DNA of 64,000 nucleotides from Veleropilina oligotropha (Eukaryota): NCBI GenBank assembly GCA_048128005.1, contig JBEUKZ010000068.1, positions 124,001 to 188,000 of the forward strand, read 5' to 3'. Shown piece by piece: positions 29,001 to 41,000 of this stretch (position 1 is its first letter; each line of letters starts with the position of its first letter). The notes under the pieces were generated by a model. It saw only the letters and a program-made list of their open reading frames with translations, ran no database searches and was not told where the DNA came from. The position numbers and the translations under genes were made by a program.

Positions 29001-32000
29001 AAGAGGTGAAGCAGCCCCTGCGTGAACTTCAACCAACTTTGAATGGTACAATATACGCAGGGGAAAGCCGGAAAAATATGTTTTAATGCAGGAGCAGCTG
29101 GTTTATATGAATATATAGTTACCCGATATTAAAGTACAATTACAGGGTGAGATTTGTCCGACTTTTCTCCACACACCGAAGCAGCCAGACAGCATGGTAT
29201 AATACTCCCCATTTTTTCCAGGACATAACGAGGGGGTCGAACACTGGACACATGTGACAGTATCTCTTGGTGTGGCAGGGCTACAGTCATTATCTCCGAT
29301 AATAAAATAGTGGCATGACGGTGGAGAGACATCAGGGGTGGGGTCTCTACCCGGGCGTAGTAGCAAGTTTCTTCGCAAGTGATCGAATCGGGGGTTATAC
29401 CTGGGATGATTTCGGTACCTAGTCCACGTATGTTCCAGAATTAATGCAGTGTTGTGTGTCGACGCCTGGGTAGACACACCCCCTAGCCAGCACACCGCGG
29501 CAATACACAGTAGCATAGATTTCATGGATTTCATGGTTGTCCAGATATCACTGTCGATTTCTAGCTTTAATACGGGGGAGGAGCGGGGTAGTCGTGGCTA
29601 TGCTCAACCTGGATAGTTAGTCGCCAGCTCCGATTTTTTTCAGCAGCTCTGCGCGACCCTCTAAACGACCTCGCTCAATAAGCTCGCTTTGGGTCTGTGA
29701 AATCGCGGTGTGCGCCTTCCTACTCTTATCCCGGATTGATGCCTTCATGGCTTGGTATTTTTCCATCTCCCCTGTGACCAGTTGGAATTCATCATCAGAC
29801 ATCACCCCGTCCGATAATGCCTTTGAGACGTGGTCGGTTATGGTATTCAGCTTGCTGTCGGCCAGGACTCGAATCTCGTCGTGTTTCTTAGCCTTCACCC
29901 CGAGGCGCCGGCTGATATACTTTCCACCCATACTAGCGAGCCCACACCCTAATGCCGCTAGTTCCAGCACTAGGACGACCGGGGCGGCTACAATTGTGGA
30001 CAGTAGACCAATTCCAGCGCTACCCATACCAAGTGTGGCGACGACTAGTCCGTTATCTATACCGTCAACGACGTTAACACCTCGTCGGTACTTTTTATAT
30101 AGTGCAGCCCGAGCATCCCGTTCTCGTTCTAGCTGCCCCTGAAGCTCATTCACTTTCTGTAGTCGGAAAGACTGTGCCTCATGCAGTTCCGAAGGCACAT
30201 CGTCACCAAGTTGTGGGTACAGCGTTGGCGCTGAGGGTTTGTTGTCCATCATACGTGGCTGTATTGTTCCGCCTGTTTGTTTAAAATGTCTACTGTAACG
30301 TTCAAATACAGAGTGCCGACCCACGGGGCCTTGATGACAAAGGCGAGGGTTAACTTATCCGAATCCAGGCTGAGTTTACTTATGGAACATGCCTTGGGGC
30401 CCCCGGCCGGCTGGACCGGCGTCAGGTGGATCATTAGAAGGGCTGGGTTCAACCCGAACCGACCTCTAGTGTTTGGAAACATGAACTCCCTCCTCGCCAG
30501 CCCCTTATTGGGCGCTACCCCACAATTAAGGACAAAGTGCCACCGGGTCGGGGGGGAAGAGGGCTCGTCTGCAAGCAGGGTCCCGTAGATGCTGCTCATT
30601 GTATCGCAAGGACTGCGGAAATAGGCATACCGTGATTGTCGAGCGGTTTACCATCTGAGTCTGTGATGTAAACCTTCAACTCTGTGATTAGCCCGGCCTG
30701 TAGTCGCCGGCCGGCGGGATAGCTATGATAGTGGCCAGCTTCACCGAACATCTGCGACGTGATAGGGACCACCGCGAGAATAGTGCTCGGGGCGCCGTCC
30801 TGCACATTGTGCGTTGTACTAAGCTGCTCCAGGTGAACGTGCAGGGTTGGCGCTATGGCAAACCCGACAGGCTTATTCCCGTCATAAGTCCCAGGGCGTA
30901 GCCACTCGGATCTCTCCGGAGGGGGAGGTGGTTGGCCCTGTACTCCCCGAACCGGTTGGTTCAGATTCCCTGCTTTATCGAGAATAAACGAAGAGAGGTC
31001 TAAGCCGAGGAGTTTTCGTATATCGTCGCTTATCGCGAGTCGAGTCCCCTCTGGGACCACGATTCGGGCGAGCCCTGTAGCATGGCTTACATCTAGTTGT
31101 AGGTTAACTAGCGACCTCTTCATCGTCTTGGCGAGGTCATCGAAGCTGTAGAAACCTGGTGCCACGTCGACCGTGGTATCCGGGGTCTTAAAGAAGGCTC
31201 CGGCATGCACGTTGTGCCAGCCTACCCAATAGTCGAGCGACTGCAAGCTGACACATAGCTTGCCGTCCCGGTTATCAATCGGCTCCAGGAGGGCAACCGC
31301 GGTCCCCTCTTGAACGTTTGTTAATGTGTGAAACATAGTAGCTATGGCTAAGAGCGCCTTTGCGTTTAATAGGAGTGCGGCCTATCCGACCGGTGTGGTG
31401 TACCCAGCAAAGATCAAAGATGAGCAGCTTACGAGACCAAGCATCAATGTGGGTAATAGCTCAACCACTACATTCGGGGCAACATACCCTGACGTCTTTC
31501 AGAAATACCGCCTCCCTCATGTCGCTAGTGACGGGCTGATAAGGGATTGGAACAGCACGCCGATGAGGTTCTGGCAGAACAAGGTCAATTTCGCAGTTTG
31601 GTGTGCCACAACAGGTTCCGGAATCTCCTCAGAAGACCACTTAAATGCGACCGACCCCCTCTCCACTGCTGTATTCACCTTCCACGTCTACTATCAGGTC
31701 AGACGAATCTTATCCGAAATTCAGGCGCCGCTGCCACAGGACCGGACGTGGGATGCATTCGACAACCCGTATGACCGCAGGGCATATGAGAAGATCTGCA
31801 GCGAATTTGGGGTGTCTCCCCATACCGACTGGCGTGTCAAGGGTCCCAACGGCGGACTAGGCACCGCTTACAGCTACTGGACGAACAACGGCTACCACCC
31901 CATCGGACGTGACTATGATCCAAGCCGAATGTCCTTCACCAAAGGTACGACCAACACGAATCTGCACGTGGACTACATCGCGCAAGCGCCTGCACTTAAA

Positions 32001-35000
32001 AACGGTTGGGCTACTTTTATTCTGGACAGGTCGGTGGGATTCACGAGGGCCGGCGTGGAAAGGCTCAATGATTCCATCAGGACCTACGTCTGGGCTATTC
32101 TTGGAGCGCAGGCTCAAACGCGTGCAAGTATTCTGGGTAGTGGGACGGCGTTTGACGCACAGAAACAGTTCCTGGCGAACGTGGAAGACGCCATCGCATC
32201 CCCCGTTGACCTCCCAGCAGCCATCAAACGGTACCAAGAGGTGCTCCAGTATGCGAGGTCCAAAGTGGACTTCGTATTCGGCGTTGGCCTGTACATGGCG
32301 CCAAGTAACATGCTTCTACGGATCGGGCAGGTGGCTGGTTATAACAATGAGATCGTCGTCGCCACGGAAGACCAGACACTCGGTCTTAATACTACGGTGA
32401 ACGCGGCCAATCCTGTGCCGCACAACGCCACTGGGGATACTGGAGAAACAGGACTGGTTATTCCACAAGACGCAGATGCAAGCATACCGGTAGTTACTCC
32501 GAAGCATCCAAGCTCTCTGCCAGCTGTGGCCTCAGTGGCGGCTGTTCCAGCGGCACATGACGAGGAGAAAACCGCACTTATCGTGGGCGGCATTGTCGTT
32601 GGTCTAGCGTTTATTTGGCTTACGTGACCCACTGTCTAGCGGCAATAAGAAGCAAGCCCCCAACTGATATGACCAGTGCCCATAGGTTTTCAGCGAGCCA
32701 CGATGCTGTCTTGCCAATCAGGTTGATTAGCCAGGAGACCAGGCTTCCAAGTATTCCTGGGAGTGCGGCTGCGGCCTTCCCTGCTAGTTTGCCCAGAATC
32801 CGACCCAGGGTCTTCAGCTGCTTTTTTACCCACTCCTTGACCCCGCCCTGACCACTGGGAGGTGGTGGTGTTGGTGGTATGCTCGGCGCTCCACCTGTCA
32901 GGGCTAGTACCAAAGTCGAGATGGCGAGCCCGATAGCGGTCAGTATTGTTGCGATCGTAACCCCTTGCTCGCGGAACAGGGTCCGGATACGCTCGGCCAG
33001 CGTTGTGTCGGTGTTCAGGATCCGACTTATCATCTCTCGGATCCGGCTGATTTGAGAGCGAAGGGCCTCCCGGCTTGATGAGGCTGCCTCTAGGCGAGCT
33101 GCTCTTTCATCATTCAGGTCGCGCAGACGTTCCGCGATCCGTCGACGGATGAACTCATCCACACCGCCCTCTTCATCTGCCTGATCGAGCTTCATCTTCT
33201 CCAGCTCTATGTGTTCGTCCAGCGCCGTTAGTTTGGCTAGATTGTTGGTTAGTTCGCCTCGGATGGTCTGCATCGCCTTGTCAAGTCCGCGAAGCTCGCG
33301 AAGATTTAATGGAGGGTCCCCCATTGTGCCTAAGATCTCTTCAACCTCGGTATCAGTGAATTTCGTCTCCATCGTGTGGATTGCTACCGAGGCATCAGTA
33401 GCAGTCTGCCCCAAGTCCCGCAGTTCTACGTTTTCGACATTAGCGGCCGCACCGCTCAACTCAGTGTCGGCTGCCTGAAGAACTGCAACCGCTTTTGAGG
33501 CCAGCTTTTTTTCCCCCCGCGTCCAGTGTACAAAACCCAACCCTTCACGGATTGCATCACCCCCACCAGGCCGGCCAGCTATTGTTGACAACGCCAAGGG
33601 GTTGCCGGTGCGAGAATTTATGAGATTGATGTCGGGGTAGTCCGTCATCACCAATTTCCCCCCCCTCCCTAATTTTCCCCTCACATACTTGAATTTTGAA
33701 TAATCTCGCCCCGTGGCTGGGGTCTGCCCCTCCTGTGCCAGGGCTTTGTAGTAGTCGTCAACCACGCCCTGAACGAGCTCTTGCTGAAGACTGCTGGTTC
33801 CTTCCTGTGGCCGTTCCGAAAGAACAGGCATAAACCGGTCGGTGGATAGATCCACATCAGTATCGTCGATGATGGTATCATCGTTGTCGATGAGATCGTC
33901 CGGCTCGAATGCGGGGTTCTCGAATTTCGCCATTTGAATACATCAGTGGGATACGCATCTAATTCAGCCATGACTAGCGTATACGGACGCAAGCTTAATC
34001 CATACCGCAGGCTGCGTGAGCCCCTCGCAGTCAAGGGCATCCGCCAGTCGGTCACGATTACAAACAATCCATCAACGATTGCCCCGAACCAGCAGCTCCT
34101 GGTTCGGTTCCCTAATCTCGGGGCGAATGACGTGATCGTTCCAGGTACTGCCCACCTTGCATTTACCATCTCACTGACCTCGGTAAATGCGAATAGGACT
34201 GTAGTGCAAAATATCGGCCGTGCCGTGATCAGAAAGACCACGATAAAGATAAGTGGAAACGAGATCATGTCGATTGACGACTCCGACGTGTACCACTGCT
34301 ACCGCGATCTCTGGAAGACCACCGGGGAGCGCAAGAACGCCCAGTACCAGGGGATTGATACCAGCGATGGGCACAACACTACGAAGCATCGTGTTGGTGC
34401 GGCAGACGCCTTTAGACTGTCTGAGGATGTCGCGGTCGCGGCCGCGTACGGTAACCGATTCCGCATCCCGCTGGATTTCGAGCTGTTGGAAAGTCACATG
34501 CCATTCTATCAAAGCGCCCTTGGAGACCGTCTCGAGTATGAGCTAACGTTCAACGACTACTCCCGGACTATCCGGGAGACGGACGACTCCGGTTCCAGCT
34601 ATTCCATCGACAATATATCCCTCGAATATGACATGGTAACCCAATCCGAGCTTGCCAGACGGATTCGAAATCAATACCAGGGTCAACTCGTAATCCTGTA
34701 CGACCGTGTTCTCCGGCATCGGAAGCTCACCCTAGACAAGAGCGACTCGTTGTGGAATATGAATGTGAACGTACCGGCGAGGTCGATGAAAGGAATACTA
34801 CTGTTGTTCGAGGACCCTGCGAGAGACGCCGCGCCATTCTCTCGCGATACTGAGGCCTTCTATAATCCGAAGATCACAAAGGTCGAGGTCACAATCGAGG
34901 GTGTCCCGAATCAAATCTACAGCCAGGGCATGCGAACATACCAGATCTGGGAAGAAGCCAAGAAAATGTTCGCCTCCGGCTGCAGCAAGCGGCATCCTGA

Positions 35001-38000
35001 GGTCGCGATGGTCGCAAAGGACTTAGCGTTGGCAGACGTCACCCTGGGCGAGTTTCTGACTAAGAAATTTGCGCTCTGGATCGATATGCGGGTAACTGAC
35101 GACGATCAGTTGCACGGGTCAGGCCGGAGGGTCGAGAACGCCAGCGAAGGCATTACTATTCAGATCACTAAAACAGCCGAAGCGGCCGGTCCACTGAACG
35201 TCTACGAGTTCGTGATCATGGACGCACAGCTGAATATCGAGAATGGCCGATTCGTCGAAGCACTGTACTAAACGATTTCCGCACACCAAGGACCCCCACT
35301 CCGCAATCATCTGCGGCCAGACCGGTTGTGGGAAGACGGTTTTCATGCTTGAACTGCTGGAAGGGGAGTATCGAGGTGTCTTCCGGCATATCGTGATCCT
35401 CTGCCCCACGATCAAGTACAACAAAGCATACCAGTCTTGTCCGTGGATCTGGACCGACCCTGAGGTGTATTTAGTCCCCCCGGGTGAGCGACTCCATGAC
35501 TGGCTGCGGGGGTTCTACCGGCTGTTTCAGGGGGAGTCGACTCTGTACATAATCGACGACTGCGCCGCCAGCAAGGCTATGGCAAAGAAACGGGACATGC
35601 TGACTTTGTTGGCCTTCAGCGGCAGGCATGCTTCCCAGAGCGTATGGGTAGTGACGCAAAAGTACAACTCGGTCTTGAAGGAGCTCAGAGAGCAGACCCG
35701 CTGGGTCGCGCTGTTCCATTGCAAGGACCGCGACAGTTTCGAGGACTGTCTGCGCGAGAACGATGTAATCCCGTCGCAGGATGAACGGACCGCGGTTCGC
35801 CGGCTGTTGTCCGAGACACGACACGCTAAGCTTCTGTTGAAAACTGATCAGCCCGTTGCTTATAGTGTGCTTTAGCAGCTACTTGGCTAGCCCTAACATC
35901 TACTTAGCAGCTACTTAGCTAGCTAGGCATGTCGGACGCGGTATACATAGCTTTTGCTTTCAGCCAGAGCCTGATCTTGTTGCTACTCGTAACGTTGTGG
36001 TATTGGCATTATCGCTATATTAGACTGGCGAGGAGATGTTGGAAACGCTTAAGGATGGACAGCCTCATCGATCAACTCATGGATGACGAGGAAGAAACGA
36101 CCGTGAGCAGCAGCTCACCCCGCTCGACGACCAAACGCTGCTCGCAGCACGAGGAACCTGAAACTGGCTCCATAGGGGTGGCAAAGAAACGGGAGAGGCT
36201 TGCAGCATTAGCCGTTGGAGGACAGGCCCACAGATACATGGGGCGTAACCTCACAGTGGACCGAATCGACGATATGACTGACGACGAGGTTGAGAAACAC
36301 CACGCACGGTATGAAGCGAAGCTAGGTGCTGACATGACGAAGACCCTCGGGGCCGCTGCTATACAGCTGTATGCGGGTGCAGCTGGGATGTTCCTGCCCA
36401 TTCCACCAGCAAACCAGCTACGACTGATCGCTGATCTCGAGGCCGACCCGTTCATCTCACATGCCCTGACCACTGCAAGCTGTGAGCTGTATTATAAATA
36501 TGGCATGTACCTCGCACCGCTGACCGCAGCGTTGACCACGGCTAAGCACTGCCAATTTGGACATGTTTGCCCGCCTAAGATACCAGATCAAGATGACAAC
36601 GCCGGAAGTGGACCAAGTGATCGAGAGACAGCCGATCGAGAGCCAGCCGATAGAGAGGGTGACTTCTTCGACGGACTCATCAGTGAGTAAAAAGGACCCG
36701 AAAAAAGTGGCTGCAGGTCGGGCCGGCGCTGCTGCTCGAAAAGCCAAGCAGGAGAAGCTACTGGCCGCGGTTCGAAAAATGAAAGAAGACCTGAGTGCCC
36801 CAACAAGTGTTGTCGTTCCATCAGAACAGCCCGGGGAGGCGGTTCCAGCCGCAGAAAGACCGTGTGCGCCAGATACACGGAAATCGGACCCATTTAATTG
36901 GACCCAGGTAGCCGTCGCTGCCGGTACGGTTGCGTTGGTATTTGTTGTCTGGAAGACGTCCTCAGAACGCAGCAACCCTGGTCCATCCACACCACATCAA
37001 CAGCCACCAGACGCGGACGCTCGGTGCTCTCGGGCCGCCCCCACTATCGAATTGAAGAAGCAGAACCCTTTTCATATGCAATAGTCGCAAACGGTAGCAT
37101 TTCTATAGTACTCAACAGTTATGACTACCCCAATCACTGATGGAAAGATGCTCGGCAACGCTGTATACCACGCCGCTATAGTGTCAGGCCTCGCCATAGG
37201 CTACGCACGCCTGACAAAGATGGTATTCAAGGGAGCGAGCCCCAAACTGGACTTCACGGGGTACGATGTCGGGATGGTCGTCCTCGACGTATCGCTCGCC
37301 ATGGCGACGAAAGACATGCTGATCAAGCAAGGCATCATTCCGGCCGATATATTGAAGTAGTGGGACCTTGCTAGATAATCGCAGCATTTCAATGGCTTCC
37401 ATTGCGATGCTGGTTGGGGGCGCTCTCGTCAACGCCCTCGCCTTCAGCGGCTCCAACTTCCTCTTCTCGAAGCTACGCAGCTCCGGTGTCGATGCGGAGC
37501 GTAAACGCCACGACATTGCTGTAGAACAGCTCAACGCTGCTCAGACTAAATGGTCACAACAGAGGGCAGAGCGTCTCGACTGGCTGAACGTTGAACTTCG
37601 CCGCCAGGGTCATGCCGTTGGCACATTCCGGGATGTTGACGCCGCGATCCGTGAGTATGCATTGATCACCGGCAAGAACCTTGACCCCGACCTGGGGGGT
37701 GGCCCTGAGCCCGCCCTGTCTGACTACTACACACCGAGCGATGCCCAGAAGGGACGTGAGATCACCTTCATCATCCTGGGGATGGCTGCGACCGGGTTGG
37801 TCGCCTACAAGCTCGCCTAATTATTTCCAGTGGACATTTTTTTCGTGTGCCAGGTATAGTAATGGGGCTCCCAGAAGAGCTGTACTGCGCTATGCTTGCG
37901 GTCGGCTATAGTACTACGTTACTCGACTGCTGGCGCCGCGACGAAAAGACTATGGTGCGGTTCGCGGTCCTGGTGCTCTCGGGCCCGACCAACCTACGGG

Positions 38001-41000
38001 CGACCACTGCGCAGCGACCGGCTCCGGAAGCTGAAGCCTGTTGGAGACTGATCAGTTTACTGGAATACATTGCTGATGGATAGTAAGCTTGCGAGGATGT
38101 ACTACAGCCCTAAGGGCTACTGGAAAGGCATTGCCGCGATAAAGAAACTAGCTGACGCTGCCAAGGCATCTGAAGTGGAGGCCCGGACATGGCTTAAGAG
38201 GCAGGCTATATGGCAGATCTATTTACCTGCGCCACGGCGGATTCCAAGACCAAAATTCGACGTCGTAACGCCAAACGAGGTTCACCAAGCCGACCTCCTG
38301 TTTCTCCCCCATGACAAGGTCAGACACAAGACCTATAAGTACGCTTTGACTGTGGTTGATGTGGCCAGTCGCTTTAAAGAGGCTGAGCCTCTGGTCACAA
38401 AAGAGGCCAAAGGGGTTGCTGAAGCACTAGCCCGAATCTACAGGCGGAGTCCTCTTGGCTGGCCGAAACTGCTTCAAGTCGATCCAGGGCGAGAGTTTAT
38501 GGGCGCGGTTTCCCAGCTGCTGGCAAAGAATAACGTCGAGGTTAGGCGTGGCCGTGTGGATATCCATCGCGATCAGGGCATTGTGGAGCGCTTCAACCGG
38601 ACGCTCGCTGAGCGGCTCTTCGGGCACCAGTATGCAACAGAGATGCGGTTTGCAGAGTCTGCGAAAGAGGGTCAAAGGTCAACTGAGTGGGTCGCCCGGT
38701 TAGCAGCTGTAGTTGCGGCCTTGAATGGGGAAGTGACCAGGCTGACCGGTAAAAAGCCCAAGGACGCCATCAAGGCACCTCGCGTTGCCCAAAAGCCAGG
38801 CGCCACTGTTCCAGGCCGACAGGGGAAGGAACAGAAACTCCCCTCTGACGTAGATGTTCGCTACCTTTACTACGATGGTGAGCTGGAGGGGGGTCATCGC
38901 CGTGCTACTGACCCGGTGTGGTCTCTAAAAGTTTACAGGCTTGGACGCTCCGTCACTAAGCCTGACGAGCCTGTGCTCTACTACTTGCTGGATGGACCAC
39001 CGCGTGGCTTCGTTCGTGAGGAACTTCTCGTGGTGCCTCGTGATACCCAGCTGCCGCCGGTTCTCAGGCGTTAACAACCGCAAATCCTCGTTTCCGGTTA
39101 CATTCCAGACACGTTAAGCGCACGTTGTCGCGGGTGTGGCCCCTGCTGTTGTCCACACGGTCGACACTGAACTGCTGTGTGTCCTTCGGGGAATATGCCC
39201 AGAGCAGCTCTATGTTGCATGCTGCGCAGCGGTTGTTTTGGGCCTCTCTGAGCCGCAGGATGTCGTCGACCTTGAGGTTAAACCCCGGGAGTCCCGTTGC
39301 CTGGTCCTGGCGTTTGTACGCCACAAGCTTTTTCTGGATGGTCTTTCGGAGCTGTTGCTCGGTTTGGGGCCGGGGCTTGTCCTCAGAACCCTCATCCGGT
39401 GGACAGGTTACCCGTTCGAGCTGACGCAGCAGCTCCACCCGGGACACGGCTAGGTAGGCGAGATTACTCCACTGAAGGTAGTCGTCGATGATCCAGACTT
39501 TCTGTGGGTCGTGAATCGTAAGACCCTGGCTCGAATGGATGGTCAGGGCATAGCCCAGGCGCCAATCCGGGGTCAGGATAGCCCGCTCAGCGGCCTCAAT
39601 GGTGACCTCGACGACGTCGTTCAGAACTAGCTCCTCTCTGTCGCTGGTGCCCGGAATGGTTACCACGATGTTCTGTTTTCTGCTGTCCCTGGGGTGGTAC
39701 AGGATAGGCACCATGGAGTCTGGGAAGTGCTCCTTGTGCCTCTGGAGCAACAGCTCTTGAGCCCGTTCGCGGACCTTCTGACGGCTTGTGAGGATTAGGT
39801 CGCCTGGCTTCCAGGTGTTGACGAACCGGTCCCATCCGAGGCAGCTGGGGAGGGTCCGTCGCATCTCGTCGCACTGGACTTTGTCGGGCTGGAGACGGAT
39901 ACGTCTTTTCAGGGCTTGGAGGGCAGGGTCGTCTTTCGCCCTGTAGTCTACTTCGATCTCTTCATAGTAGTCCGCGGTCTTTCGCAGCCAATCGTGCGGC
40001 ATCTCGCCCGTAATCGGTGGTGGCTGGCCTTGATCACCACAGCAGATAACCTGCACTTCGTGGCGGCCCAGCCAGTCCAAGAACATCTCTAGAATAGCCC
40101 GGGGAACAGTACAGACCTCGTCCCAGATAATGACGCGCGGGATGAACTTCTGACCCATGCGGTCAGGCGTCCAGTCATTCTGGCCGCTCCATCGGAAGAA
40201 GCTGTGGTAGGTCTGGGCTTTGACGCCTCTGGTCCGCATCTCTTTAGCGAGGCGGTGGGTTGGTGTGAACACGACGGGATTCCTTGCCCGGAAGAGCTCG
40301 ATCGCTCTCGTAGTCTTGCCACAGCCCCCTCCACCGTTGAGGTAACTCAGGCGATGGTGGGTCAGTGTGTCATTGTAGCATGGCGCGGTGCTCGGCTGGC
40401 TGGAATTGGCGGCACAACAATACTCTGGCTTGGGTAGGTATGCGGCATGTTCCTGTGGCATATACAGCTGTTCGCCCTTGTCACGCCACTGGGCTGGTGC
40501 TACTGGCGGAAGGTACGGCTCCGCGATCAGACATGAGATGCACGATTTCTCGCCACAGCCGCAGAGTCTGGGGGCAACGTACACCGTGACATCGTCAAGC
40601 TTCTCCAACGAGGCCTTCTTGAGGTAGATGCTGTCAGTGGCTACTCGGACGGCTTCTGCTGCACTGAAACGCTGAAGCATGCTCAAGAGGTTTATGTGGG
40701 CATAGGCCAACATGGACGCCCTCAGGTGGGCGTACTGAGGCTGGGAGCCATCATAGTACGTGAGGATGTGCCCCATAGGGCATCTCTGAGGAGCGCCAAC
40801 CAGGGTGCCGCTTTGGCGGGTGTCTCTTACGAGGAAGTCGAGCTCACCCTGGTCGGTCACCAGTCTACGAGTCAATCGCTTTCCGTCAGCTTTGGCGCCT
40901 TGGGTGAATTTGCCGATGATACTGCAGCCCTGGTCACGATCCGGAGGAAGCCAGACATCGAGTTGATTTTTGAAGGCGATAATGGCCTCTCGGATCTTGA

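Noticed and set aside
39064..40340. Helitron Rep/Helicase
   Set aside because: No HUH Rep motifs seen; helicase is fused to a PolB-like core within a TIR/TSD-bounded element
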